Shown here: positions 1-9,772 of the stretch, one piece after another
Layout of the letters: each line of letters starts with the position of its first letter
Numbering within the stretch: position 1 is the stretch's first letter
Assembly (NCBI GenBank): GCA_963733295.1
Contig: CAVTCS010000003.1
Coordinates: 1,728,001-1,792,000 of the forward strand
From: Vulcanimicrobiota bacterium
GTDB lineage: Bacteria; Vulcanimicrobiota; Vulcanimicrobiia; Vulcanimicrobiales; Vulcanimicrobiaceae
Direction: 5' to 3'
DNA length: 64,000 nucleotides
Translations under genes and position numbers: made by a program
The notes under the pieces: model-generated
Databases searched by the model: none
What the model was told of the DNA's origin: nothing
Seen by the model: the letters and a program-made list of their open reading frames with translations, nothing else

Positions 1-118
1 AGAACGGACACGGAAGAGTCACCTCGGAACGAGCCGTCCACGATGCTACCAGGCTGCGCCTGCCTTTGGCAGCCGCCGAACGGACGAACCAAACGGACAC
101 CGAAAGCAGCGCTTAGCG

Positions 119-1312
119 ATGCCGCACCTTACCGCGATCCTTCTGGTGATCGCGCTTTCGAGCGCGGCGTACGTCTTCGCGAAAGTCGCGTGGCACGCGG
201 GTATCCCGCCGCCCGTCGCCGTCACCCTCGTGGGAATTGCGGCCGGCGGAATGCTTCCGCTGACCCACGAGATCGCACTCGGTCCGATTCTGTTCGGCAT
301 TCTTCTGCCGGCGCTCATCTTCGAATCGGCCTGGGACATGGACGCGGCCGCGCTCCGCCGTGTCGCCCGCATCGTCTTCATGCTCGCCGTTCCGGGAACG
401 CTCGTGACGATGGGCGTCGTCGCCATAGCAGCGAACGGCTCTGGCGCGATCGGCTGGAGCGCGGCATTGACGATCGGCGCGATCTTAGCCGCGACCGATC
501 CCATCGCCGTGCTCGCACTCTTTCGCAGCTTGAACTTGCCGGCCGATCTGCTCGCAATCGTCGAAGGCGAGTCGATCGGGAACGACGCGATCGCGCTCGT
601 GCTCGTGCAACTCATCGTTCCCTTCGCGATGGGCACGAGTGCCGCAGGCGGCATCTCGCTTGCGATCGGGAAATTTTTCTACATGGCACTGGTGGGTATC
701 GGCGCCGGCATCGCGCTCGCGTACGTGGCTGCGATCGTGCTCCGCCCGCGAAGGGCGGCGGTATTGACCCTTCCCGTCACGATTCTCTTAGCATACGGCA
801 GCTATGCGGCGGCGACGTCACTGGGCGCTTCGGGCATCCTCGCGGTCGCGGCCGCCGGTATTATGCTTCGCTCGCGGGTCCGCGTGCAACCGGCGATCGA
901 CGCCGCGATCGATCGCTTTTGGGATCTCGCTGCGCTCGTGGCAAACTCGGTCGTCTTTTTGCTGCTCGGTTTCACGCTCGACCTCGAGCGGATCTTTCAC
1001 GAACCTCTGCTCTTCGTTGCGACACTGGCCGGAGCTCTAGCTGCGCGCGCGCTGCTCGCCTACGGCCTGGTGTACTTCCCGTCAGGCTCCGAGCGACGCG
1101 GGTGGCGAGCCGCCATCGGTTTGGCCGGACTGCGGGGCGGCCTCTCCGTCGCGATGGCACTCGGGCTGCCGCAAGACTTTCCCTCGCGCGCGGCGGTCAT
1201 CGACGCCGTTTTCGCCGTCGTCTTCATGACGCTCGTCGTTCAAGGCTGGGCGATCGCTCCGATTCTGCGCCGCGCCCTGCCCTCCGGAGCGCGTTACGCG
1301 CGGAAGACGTAA
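119..1312 (+). CDS. Na+/H+ antiporter, CPA1 family
   Basis: Multi-TM hydrophobic protein with ATDPIAV and IVEGESIGND motifs and a C-terminal GLRGGLS motif. Confidence 0.9.
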   Translation: MPHLTAILLVIALSSAAYVFAKVAWHAGIPPPVAVTLVGIAAGGMLPLTHEIALGPILFGILLPALIFESAWDMDAAALRRVARIVFMLAVPGTLVTMGVVAIAANGSGAIGWSAALTIGAILAATDPIAVLALFRSLNLPADLLAIVEGESIGNDAIALVLVQLIVPFAMGTSAAGGISLAIGKFFYMALVGIGAGIALAYVAAIVLRPRRAAVLTLPVTILLAYGSYAAATSLGASGILAVAAAGIMLRSRVRVQPAIDAAIDRFWDLAALVANSVVFLLLGFTLDLERIFHEPLLFVATLAGALAARALLAYGLVYFPSGSERRGWRAAIGLAGLRGGLSVAMALGLPQDFPSRAAVIDAVFAVVFMTLVVQGWAIAPILRRALPSGARYARKT

Positions 1313-1887
1313 CCTCCGCGATGTCCCGAAGAACGGACGGTCAGGATATGCCGGCGCTGCGGCGACTCGGCGTCGACGATCTGCCTCAACTGATGGACGT
1401 AGACGCGCAACGTGGCATCGTGTTCCGCGCGAAACTCTCCCCAGACTTGCTGAATGAGCGCCTCGCGCGACATCACGCGCCCGGCGTTGCGCATCAATGC
1501 GGCCAGCACGGCGACCGGTTTCGAGCGCAGCAGCGATTCGCGCTCTCCGCAGCGCAGCAGATGGCTCTGTTGATCGAGCCGGACCTCGCCCACTTCGAGG
1601 GGTCCCTCAGCGAGCGAGCTGGGGCGTAGCACGATGAGCGGAGCCTCTTGTCCGTTGGCTCGGCAAGCATCGAGTGCCGATTGAAGAGTTGCAAGGTCGC
1701 TCACGACCAGCGCGCCTTCGGTTTGGAGTGCTCCGGGCCGCACGCGGGTTGCGAGCTTGCGCGCGACCGGCCGAGATGATAGCAAGTGACTCTCCGTCCT
1801 TCCGTGTTCGATTCTATCCGTTAGGCGATAAGAACGCTTCGAGTCTGACCGAATCGTCGTTGCGCCGCAGGCTCTTCCGTTAAACAA
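1294..1887 (-). CDS. OmpR/KdpE-type winged-helix DNA-binding protein with no recognisable receiver domain; true start probably downstream of the ORF start
   Basis: C-terminal LMRNAGRVMSREALIQQVWG...TLRVYVHQLRQ...ILTV...GGY is a Trans_reg_C pattern. Confidence 0.75.
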   Translation of the reverse strand: MFNGRACGATTIRSDSKRSYRLTDRIEHGRTESHLLSSRPVARKLATRVRPGALQTEGALVVSDLATLQSALDACRANGQEAPLIVLRPSSLAEGPLEVGEVRLDQQSHLLRCGERESLLRSKPVAVLAALMRNAGRVMSREALIQQVWGEFRAEHDATLRVYVHQLRQIVDAESPQRRHILTVRSSGHRGGYVFRA

Positions 1888-1912
1888 TTCCGCTAAACAA
1901 TTCAGTGCAGAA

Positions 1913-1953
1913 GGGGAGTGCGGCGTTCCGATGCTCGGGGTACCGCATTCCCC
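1913..1953 (-). terminator. Strong stem-loop after the TBDR-lipoprotein operon (terminator or stabiliser)
   Basis: GGGGAGTGCGG (1913-1923) pairs with CCGCATTCCCC (1943-1953), 16 bp past the stop at 1970. U-tract is weak. Confidence 0.5.
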
Positions 1954-1969
1954 CTCTCAGAGTTTCGTT

Positions 1970-3256
1970 CTAACGGCGACCGCTAAACGAACGCCGCCGG
2001 AATGCGGGAATCGACGATCCGGCCGGGTACAGCGCGACGCTCGAGATCGTGATGTCCGACTGCCCTGAAGCTCCCGTTATGGCGGGCGCCGGATTCCCGT
2101 TGCTGTTGGGATACGACGACTCATACGCCGGGTAGTCGAAGCCGATCGACCACGCGCCGACCACGTCGACCGCCGACGCACTGCCGCCGTTCGCGGCCGT
2201 GTTTTGCGCGGCCGTGCAAATCGTAGGCGCTCCACCAGGTCCGGCCGCATCGCTCAAGGTGGACGTGCCGCTCGTCGTCACCGCGAACGTGTAGTAGATC
2301 GGACTGCCGGCGGAGGCTCCATTGCAATTCGGAACCTGGGCCGGAGGCGTTCCGCTCGTCGTCGACGTCCCGAAGTCGACGATCTGGATGTAGCCTTCGG
2401 TGACGCCCGGCGGGAGCGCGATCGCAAACGCGCCGCCGTTTCCCGTCGCGTCCGGCGTAAACGCGGGCGCCGCGATGTTCGGCAAGGGTGCCGTCGTCGT
2501 CATCGTCGCCGTCGCGGTCTTCGTAAACGTACCGGAGCTCCCGCGGACGGTAACCGTCAACGCGTACGGCGAGTTCGCTACCGGAATCACGCCTTCGAAC
2601 ACGTCGAGGCCTTCGCTGATTCCGGCAGTGCCGGCCGGCACGACTCCGCTGCCGTTCGGAGCCTGCCCCGTTCCGAGAATGTCGAAGGCGGGCACGCCGC
2701 CCCAACTTGCGGGTACTTGATTCGGGTCGGGTGAGGTTGCGTCGTACAACGGGACCGGATATGGAGCGACCGCCCACGGAATTCCGTTGAACGTGTAGTT
2801 GAACGGCTCGATACCAAGGCCGAACGCTCCGCCGCTTTGACCGAAGGTCGTTACGCTCGCGTTACCCGGGGTCTGGGGCGAAGCGGTCATCGAACCGGCC
2901 GTCGTACCGCTCGGAATCTCCGAAGGAGCGGGACCGGTCAAGACGGTTGAATCAGGGTCGAGCGCTCCGGGCGATCCCGCCGGAGCCCCAAAGCCGCCCG
3001 GGACGGTTAACACCGGTGAATCGGTGAGTGCACCGCTATCGCCCGCGCGTTGACCACCCTTGGGTTGTCGATAGGTCGAGACGACGTTGAGACCGGTGAG
3101 CGTTCCATAGATGTTGGCCGTACCCACCGCGAGTTGCAACACGTTTCCCGATGCATTCACGACGTGCTGAGGAGTCGTCCCCGCCGACGGTCCGCAACCC
3201 GCCACGGCGAGAGCGAGCGCGGCGCACGCGGAAAGAAACCTCGGTTTGGTTTTCAA
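1970..3256 (-). CDS. Hypothetical lipoprotein, Gly/Pro/Thr-rich, partner of the TBDR
   Basis: Signal peptide with lipobox LAVAG-C; 18 bp downstream of the TBDR gene on the same strand. Confidence 0.75.
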   Translation of the reverse strand: MKTKPRFLSACAALALAVAGCGPSAGTTPQHVVNASGNVLQLAVGTANIYGTLTGLNVVSTYRQPKGGQRAGDSGALTDSPVLTVPGGFGAPAGSPGALDPDSTVLTGPAPSEIPSGTTAGSMTASPQTPGNASVTTFGQSGGAFGLGIEPFNYTFNGIPWAVAPYPVPLYDATSPDPNQVPASWGGVPAFDILGTGQAPNGSGVVPAGTAGISEGLDVFEGVIPVANSPYALTVTVRGSSGTFTKTATATMTTTAPLPNIAAPAFTPDATGNGGAFAIALPPGVTEGYIQIVDFGTSTTSGTPPAQVPNCNGASAGSPIYYTFAVTTSGTSTLSDAAGPGGAPTICTAAQNTAANGGSASAVDVVGAWSIGFDYPAYESSYPNSNGNPAPAITGASGQSDITISSVALYPAGSSIPAFRRRSFSGRR

Positions 3257-3274
3257 GGTCGGTTCCTTTCCCGG

Positions 3275-6200
3275 CTAGAGCTTCAGCTGGTAGTAGACTT
3301 GAAAGGCGAACGGTTGCAACGGCGCAATGTCGGGAGCACCCGTAAAGTCTCCGTTCGAGAGCACGTAGGCGCCGTTGCTGTAGGCGTACGATTCGCGCGG
3401 GATGTTGGAGCAGCCGCGGGCCGTGCCGTACTGCAAGCAGTTGGCATTGAACCCCGTCTGCGGACCCGACGAACCGGTGGTGACCGGTTGGTAGTACGGG
3501 TTGACCGCGGGAACCGAATTCACGAACCCGTTTCCGAAGAGATTGATGAACTGGATGCCGACCGTGCTCGACTTCACGCTATATTGCAGCGTCAGCCCGG
3601 CTTGCAAGTTGATCGCCGACAGAAAGCCGCCGTATGCGGCAGTCTGATTGACCCCACGAGTGGCAGCGATGTTGGGATTGAAATTCGTTCCAGGATCGGC
3701 CGGGTCGTAGTACGCGGTCGAAAGATTGGCGCCGCTCGTTGAGTACAAGCCGTTGTTGACTTGCGGCGTACCGCACCCGAAGTTCACGAGCGCGATATTG
3801 ACGTTCTTTCCGTTGCACGACGATGCAACCAGGTTGCCCGCCGAGTACGGGTACCCGGCGTTGAACTGCAGAACCGGCGTCGCGCTGAAGCCGCTCGGCG
3901 TCTTGTACGTCGTACCGAGTCGCATCGAGAACGGCGAAACGTAGCCGGCTCGATAGAGGTTTCCGAGCGCGAGCGTCGCCGTCGACAGGATCGGCACGTT
4001 CGTCTCGTTCTCGGAAAGTGGCGGCGTCGTGCCGAGCACGTTCTGGTACGTTGCCGCCCAGAACCCGGACCAGCCGACGGCCTTGTTCGGCGTCGTCAAG
4101 TCGACCTCGACGCCGGTCGTCTTGTTGAGGCCCTGGTTGTCGGTACCGAAGATGGCCAAACCTCCCGGAATCAGCGCGATCACGCCGGCTGCCGGCAGGT
4201 TCGTTCCGGTCTTGTAGAAACCCACGACCCGCGAGCCCCAGCCGTTTGCGAACGCATGCGAGTAACTCAGGTCGTAGTTGTTGTAGGTCGCGGGCTCCGC
4301 GTTGCCGCCGTCGGGCGCTTCGATGTTGTCGCCCTGCCAATACAACTGCTGCGAGTAGAACGAGCAAGGCAACGAGTTTCCGCTGATCGTCGCGATGCAC
4401 GTCGCACCGGGCTTCGCCGGAATCTTCGTGAACGGTCCAAGATTGTACAGGTTGAACGGCGTTCCGGCAGTTTGCCCGTTGATGAACACGGCGGAGCGGC
4501 CGTACGAGGCGCGAACCGAGTTCGACGTATTGAGCTGGTAGCTGATGCCGACCCGCGGTTCCCATTCCGTCGGATTGAGAAACTTGCTCGTCCACGCGGA
4601 GGGCAAAACCGAATATGGGCCTCCCGGTGTGGTCGACGGAATGCCCTGCCCGTACTGGTCCAGCTGGTTGAACCAGTGCGAGTTCTGGCCCTCGTAGCGC
4701 ACGCCCGCGTCCACGTGCATTGCCGGCGTAGGGGTGTACTGGAAGCGGATTCCCGTGCCGTAATTCTGGAAGAACGACTTATTGTAGCTGATGCCCCAGA
4801 CCGGAATCCGCGGTACCGCCTCTCCGCGTGAGGTGAAGTAGTCGTACACGTAGCCGCCCGGCAGCCAATCCGCCGGCTGCGGACAGGTCGCGCACGAAGC
4901 GATCGAAAGGCCGGCAATCGGCGATGACGGTATGAAGCCGTTCTGCGGCACGTAGAAGTTGAAGTCGGGGTGCTGCACCTCATCCTTGACGTTGAGCGTA
5001 ACGAGAAGATTCGACGCAACCTGATGCGTGAGATCGAGCGAGGCGCCGACCGTCGCGCCACCGGACTCGGCCCACTCGGCGACCCCGCCGCTCCCGGGGC
5101 CAAGGCTGAAGGAGTTGTCGGTGGTGAGGTCTTGCGCCCAGTTGTAGTAGCGCAGTGCCAAGAACGTGGTGGGATTCAAGTTGTTGTCGTATTCGAACTT
5201 GAGAAAGCGCGTCTGAACCGTCTCGTTGACCTGCGGTGACGGAATGGTCGAGTTCGTCGCCGGCGTTCCGGGCGTCAACCCGACAAGACTCGCATACTGT
5301 GCGGGCGTAAGTCCGGTGAAGGTCTGCCAAATACCCTGACTCAATGCGTCGTATGGATAGTACGCCAGACCGTTGGGATTCGTTTCCGCGTTGTAGGGCT
5401 GGCCGCCGTTCGGAATGCCGCCCAGGTTCCCGATCTGTACCTCAGAGATGTTCGTGTAGAGAACCTGCAGCGATTGGCTTTGATTCTTACCGAACTTAAA
5501 GATGAAGTTATTTGTAAACTGATCGTTCGACTGATACTGAGCCCCGAAGTAGTTGCCTAGCGGGCCCGCATCCTGTTGCGAATAGCCGAAGTACGGTGCG
5601 AACCGCGCGCCGGTAAACGCGACGTAGTCCGAGATCGCGCCGTTTGAGGTCGCGAGGCCTTCCTCAAACGCGAACTGATGCGAGAAATTCGGGCCGCCCG
5701 CCTCGAGATCCACGAAACCAAAACCCGGATACGTGCCCCGCTTCGGAATGACGTTGATGACGCCGGAACCGACGTTACCTTGCGTCGCGTCGCCGGCGCC
5801 TTCGACGACCTGAACCGAGCCGAGGCCGTTGACGAGGCCGTTCGACCCGTTGTTGCCGAGAAACGGTTCCGTGAAGGTGACGCCGTCGTACTGGTAACCG
5901 ACCTCGCGCGAGGCGCCGCCGCGAATCGTGGGCATACCCGCGTTGGTCAAGGTCACGCCGGGGACCGCTAACAGAACGTTGTTCTCGTTGGTCGTCGCCA
6001 GCTTACCGGTCGACTGCAGGATGCGGTTCTGGTCGACCGTGAACGTGTCGGTCGTCTGCGTCGGCTGGAACGCGCCGGCTTGCGAGCGAGCCGTCACGTG
6101 ACCGATTTCTCTTTCCTTGCCGAGCGTGACGACCCCGAGACCTTGCGTCTGGTCGCCGAGTATCGTAACGCCTGTGAGCGTAGCGGGGATGTATCCCGAG

Positions 6201-6451
6201 CTCTCGACGGTGACGAGATAGGTGTCGACCGGCATGCCTAGGATGTTGAAGGTGCCTTTCGAGTCGGTCGTGGCCTTGTAGGTACCGCTCGGACTCACTA
6301 CCGTAACCTTCGCCTGTACGATCGGGGCTTTGGTAGCTTGGTCCACGACGGTTCCCGACAGGTTGCCGAACTGGCCGCCCGCGGCAAAGGTGGGGCCGAT
6401 CGATGTGCCTACGAGTGCAACGATCAGCGCGAGCTTGAACGCCGTTGACAT
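3275..6451 (-). CDS. TonB-dependent receptor with N-terminal carboxypeptidase-regulatory-like domain (Oar-like)
   Basis: Signal peptide, GNLSGTVVD...TTDSKGTF domain, plug (PGVT...IRGG, GVINVI), EPRVGISY strand, C-terminal beta-strand FQVYYQLKL. Confidence 0.88.
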   Translation of the reverse strand: MSTAFKLALIVALVGTSIGPTFAAGGQFGNLSGTVVDQATKAPIVQAKVTVVSPSGTYKATTDSKGTFNILGMPVDTYLVTVESSGYIPATLTGVTILGDQTQGLGVVTLGKEREIGHVTARSQAGAFQPTQTTDTFTVDQNRILQSTGKLATTNENNVLLAVPGVTLTNAGMPTIRGGASREVGYQYDGVTFTEPFLGNNGSNGLVNGLGSVQVVEGAGDATQGNVGSGVINVIPKRGTYPGFGFVDLEAGGPNFSHQFAFEEGLATSNGAISDYVAFTGARFAPYFGYSQQDAGPLGNYFGAQYQSNDQFTNNFIFKFGKNQSQSLQVLYTNISEVQIGNLGGIPNGGQPYNAETNPNGLAYYPYDALSQGIWQTFTGLTPAQYASLVGLTPGTPATNSTIPSPQVNETVQTRFLKFEYDNNLNPTTFLALRYYNWAQDLTTDNSFSLGPGSGGVAEWAESGGATVGASLDLTHQVASNLLVTLNVKDEVQHPDFNFYVPQNGFIPSSPIAGLSIASCATCPQPADWLPGGYVYDYFTSRGEAVPRIPVWGISYNKSFFQNYGTGIRFQYTPTPAMHVDAGVRYEGQNSHWFNQLDQYGQGIPSTTPGGPYSVLPSAWTSKFLNPTEWEPRVGISYQLNTSNSVRASYGRSAVFINGQTAGTPFNLYNLGPFTKIPAKPGATCIATISGNSLPCSFYSQQLYWQGDNIEAPDGGNAEPATYNNYDLSYSHAFANGWGSRVVGFYKTGTNLPAAGVIALIPGGLAIFGTDNQGLNKTTGVEVDLTTPNKAVGWSGFWAATYQNVLGTTPPLSENETNVPILSTATLALGNLYRAGYVSPFSMRLGTTYKTPSGFSATPVLQFNAGYPYSAGNLVASSCNGKNVNIALVNFGCGTPQVNNGLYSTSGANLSTAYYDPADPGTNFNPNIAATRGVNQTAAYGGFLSAINLQAGLTLQYSVKSSTVGIQFINLFGNGFVNSVPAVNPYYQPVTTGSSGPQTGFNANCLQYGTARGCSNIPRESYAYSNGAYVLSNGDFTGAPDIAPLQPFAFQVYYQLKL

Positions 6452-6540
6452 ACGTCTCCTCCCTCAAGGGGCGATGTGACCGAGCACGGCACATTTCGGC
6501 CGCACTCTTCTGTGGAGTCTAATCCTCAGCGCGAACGAAC

Positions 6541-6560
6541 ACTTCGCTCAGCATCGAAGC
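6541..6560. promoter_or_regulatory. Palindromic operator CTTCG-N8-CGAAG upstream of the ArsR gene
   Basis: ACTTCGCTCAGCATCGAAGC in the divergent TBDR/ArsR intergenic region. TACAAT (6580-6585) lies 6 nt before the GTG start. Confidence 0.5.
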
Positions 6561-6591
6561 GTCGGCCGGCGCGAACCGGTACAATCGCAGT

Positions 6592-7299
6592 GTGAATCTC
6601 GACATCGAGTACGACGCGGACGCCGCGGCTTCTCGACTTGCCGCTGCGATCGGCGAACCCGCACGCGCGCGCATCCTCTATTGTTTAATGGATGGGCATG
6701 CTCGGACGAGTACGGAACTCGCGCTCGTCGCGGGCGTCAGCCCATCGACGGCGAGTGCGCACTTGAATCGGTTAACGTTCGAGCGCTTGATCAAGGCTAC
6801 CGCACAAGGCAAACATCGCTACTACTGTTTGTACGATCCGGCCGTGGCCGGCGTGCTCGAACATCTCAGCGTCTTAGCGGGCGCGGTACGCGCGCCGTTC
6901 GTTCCGCGAACGCCCGTGCGTTTGCGAGCCGCGCGGACGTGCTACGATCACATGGCGGGTGCGCTGGCGGTGGCCTTACACGACCGGCTCATGTCGCTTC
7001 ACTGGCTCGCCGTGACGACGCAAGAAGCCACCGACTACGACGTTGGTTCGAACGGCGTCGAAGCGTTCAAGAAACTCGGAATCGATCTCGAGGGCGAGCG
7101 GGCGCGCCGCCGGAGGTTCGCGTACGCCTGTCTCGACTGGAGCGAACGGCGCCCTCACGTGGGCGGCGCGGTCGGCGCGGCGTTGCTCGCTCTCGCGCTG
7201 CGGAAACGCTGGGTTGCGCAAGAGTTCGACAGCCGAAGCTTGTCGATCACCCCGCTCGGGCAACGCGAGCTTTCGTCGTGTCTGGGCCTGCGCGTGTAA
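6592..7299 (+). CDS. ArsR/SmtB-family transcriptional regulator
   Basis: HTH segment IGEPARARIL...TELA..AGVSPSTASAHL; C-terminal ARTCYDH and CLDWSERRPH motifs. Confidence 0.9.
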   Translation: MNLDIEYDADAAASRLAAAIGEPARARILYCLMDGHARTSTELALVAGVSPSTASAHLNRLTFERLIKATAQGKHRYYCLYDPAVAGVLEHLSVLAGAVRAPFVPRTPVRLRAARTCYDHMAGALAVALHDRLMSLHWLAVTTQEATDYDVGSNGVEAFKKLGIDLEGERARRRRFAYACLDWSERRPHVGGAVGAALLALALRKRWVAQEFDSRSLSITPLGQRELSSCLGLRV

Positions 7300-7383
7300 G
7301 CGCGGGGCGGCCTCCGACTTCGGTCTAGCGAAGTCTAGTCCGTTTCATCTATACTCCGGCCATGGCAACGCCGTGGAACGCCG

Positions 7384-8574
7384 ATGGATGAAAACGGGAA
7401 CCCCTACCGGCCTGGGGCCGGTACGCGGCCACCGCAGCTTGCCGGTCGCGACGCGCTGCTGCGCTCCTTTCGCGTCACGGTCCACCGCGCGCAGCGCAAG
7501 CAGCCGGGCCAGAGCATGCTGGTCACCGGACTCCGCGGGGTCGGCAAGACGGTGCTCTTGCTCGAGTTCATGCGCATTGCCGAGGGCGCAGGCTACGTCG
7601 TCGTCTCGATAGAGTCGCCCCAGAACGACCGCTTCATTCCGATGCTGGGTCAAGCCTTGCGCAGCGCGCTTCTCAAGCTCGACGAAGGGCCCGTTTCAAA
7701 ACTCGTCACGCGTGCGCTCGGAACGCTGAAGAGTTTCTCGGTAACCGAACCGCACGGATTCAAGGTCGCGATCGACATCGACCCCGAGAAAGGAACGGCC
7801 GACTCGGGGCAGCTCGACCTCGATCTGGCCGACCTCTTCGTCGCGCTCGGCGAAGCCGCCGCGGATCGCAAGACCGGCATCGTTCTCGCCGTCGACGAGA
7901 TGCAATATCTCAGCGAGCGCGATTTCGGCGCGTTGATCGCGGCGATTCACCGCACCGTTCAATCCGATTTACCGGTCGTTCTCGTCGGGGCCGGTCTTCC
8001 ACAACTACCCGCCTTGGCCGGAAAGGCCAAGTCGTATGCGGAGCGCCTCTTCACCTTTCCGCGCATCGGCGCGCTCGATCGCGACGGCGCGGACGGCGCA
8101 ATTCTCGGCCCCGCGCGCGATTTGGGCGTGCGCTATGCACCGGCTGCGCTCGAAGAGATCTTCGAGCGGACCGGAGGCTACCCGTACTTCGTTCAAGAGT
8201 ACGCGTACGCAGTCTGGAATGAGGCTCCCGGGCCGCACGTCATCACCCTCGACGACGTCGCGCGCGCTGCGCCGGTCGTCGAGCGCAAGCTCAACGAAAA
8301 CTTCTTCTCCGTGCGAATCGAGCAGCTCACGCCCGCCGAGCGCCGTTACCTCGAAGCGATGGCCGAGTCGGGCGACTCACCCTACGGCACCGGCGCGATC
8401 GCGAAGCGGCTCGGAATGACGCAGCAGCGTCTTGGAACGGTGCGCCAGTCGCTCATCGACAAAGGCATCGTGTACGCGCCAGCCCACGGCGAGCTGGCGT
8501 TCACGGTTCCGCTCTTCGACGAATTCTTGCGCGGCCGTTTCTTCACCGGCCCCGGCGTCAGTGGGCGTGAGTGA
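7384..8574 (+). CDS. AAA-family ATPase (AAA_16-like) with C-terminal HTH
   Basis: Walker A GLRGVGKT, Walker B VLAVDEMQ, TGGYPYFVQ, C-terminal winged helix. Confidence 0.85.
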   Translation: MDENGNPYRPGAGTRPPQLAGRDALLRSFRVTVHRAQRKQPGQSMLVTGLRGVGKTVLLLEFMRIAEGAGYVVVSIESPQNDRFIPMLGQALRSALLKLDEGPVSKLVTRALGTLKSFSVTEPHGFKVAIDIDPEKGTADSGQLDLDLADLFVALGEAAADRKTGIVLAVDEMQYLSERDFGALIAAIHRTVQSDLPVVLVGAGLPQLPALAGKAKSYAERLFTFPRIGALDRDGADGAILGPARDLGVRYAPAALEEIFERTGGYPYFVQEYAYAVWNEAPGPHVITLDDVARAAPVVERKLNENFFSVRIEQLTPAERRYLEAMAESGDSPYGTGAIAKRLGMTQQRLGTVRQSLIDKGIVYAPAHGELAFTVPLFDEFLRGRFFTGPGVSGRE

Positions 8575-9772
8575 AGTTGCCGAGTCGCGCGCCGTGCCGG
8601 GAAAGGCGCTCGAGCGCGTAGCGCATCCCGAGCGGTTCGGTGGGACGGCCCGTCAGCGCGAAGTAGCGCTCCGGATCGATGTTTAGCGTACGCGTTTGTA
8701 CCATGTCGAGCGCGACTTGCGCGAGCACGGCGTCGGCTGCTTCGACCTCTTCACTTGCGTCGGTGATGCCGGGGTGCGTGAGCAGATTGAGCGAAACGCG
8801 AAGGCCCGCATCCACGGCGCGGCGCACGCCGGCGAGCACCTCGTCGAGCCCGTAGCCGAGCGGCCGATAGTACGCCGCATACACCTCTGGACGAAATGAG
8901 TTCAAGCTAACCCGCACGGCGTCGAGCCCCGCATCGATCAACGCGCCGAGCGCTTGCGGCAAGCTGCCGTTGGTATTCAAGTTGATCGTGCCCGCATCGG
9001 TGGCGGCGCGAATTCGCTCGATCGCCCGCACAATCGTCGTCGCACGCAGCAGTGGTTCGCCTTCGCAGCCTTGTCCGAACGACACGATGCCGTCCGGCAC
9101 GCGTTCCAGATGGTGCAGCGCGATCCGCGTCAAGTCGTCGACCGGCGCCTCGAAGTCGATCCGGGTTTGGGGCGAAGGAAAGCCTGCCTCCGGTTCGAGC
9201 TCCGAGATGCAGCCGGCGCAGCGCGCGTTGCACTTCGGCGAGACCGGGAGAGCCGCTTCGCCGCGTTCGAGAAAGACGTTCTGCGCCGTGAAGCAGCCGT
9301 ACTCGAGCGAACACAAGCCGACTTGCGCGAGGACGCGGTTCCCCGGATCGGCGGCGCAACGGTTCGCGACGAGCGCTTCGAGTTCGCCCTGCGCGAAGTT
9401 TCGTGGCGACCAATCCTCGCTCTCGTCGGTGCGCATCGCGGCCACGTGCAGCTCGTCGTCGACGACGCACGCGAACGTGTAACCGAAGAGCGGCAGCGGC
9501 GGCGCACCGGATTTCGTGCGGTAGGCCGGCAACAGCAAGCGGGTGTAGCCCGCGGGCAGCAGGACCGCGAGCGCGGTGCGGCGTCCCGCAGTACCGCCCG
9601 CGAGCAGCGGGGTGCGTCCGGGCAGCAGCGTCGTCACCGTGCCCGCCGGCGCCGGGATCAGTTCGTCGCGCTCCGGCAGCCGGTACGTGCCGCCGTCGGC
9701 TAGCGGATGTTGGAGCGCATCGAAGTAGACGCGACCCGTCGCGCCGGCAAACGCGAGTCCCGCTGCCTTCAC
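8558..9772 (-). CDS. Radical SAM protein, uncharacterised family
   Basis: CxxxCxxC motif (CNARCAGC), SFGQGCEGEP, NLNTNGS; 4-bp overlap with dapF. Confidence 0.88.
   Translation of the reverse strand: MKAAGLAFAGATGRVYFDALQHPLADGGTYRLPERDELIPAPAGTVTTLLPGRTPLLAGGTAGRRTALAVLLPAGYTRLLLPAYRTKSGAPPLPLFGYTFACVVDDELHVAAMRTDESEDWSPRNFAQGELEALVANRCAADPGNRVLAQVGLCSLEYGCFTAQNVFLERGEAALPVSPKCNARCAGCISELEPEAGFPSPQTRIDFEAPVDDLTRIALHHLERVPDGIVSFGQGCEGEPLLRATTIVRAIERIRAATDAGTINLNTNGSLPQALGALIDAGLDAVRVSLNSFRPEVYAAYYRPLGYGLDEVLAGVRRAVDAGLRVSLNLLTHPGITDASEEVEAADAVLAQVALDMVQTRTLNIDPERYFALTGRPTEPLGMRYALERLSRHGARLGNFTHAH

Noticed and set aside
7384..8574. AAA ATPase as an anti-phage STAND/Avs system
   Set aside because: It is short, has no effector or TPR sensor domain and no defence neighbours.
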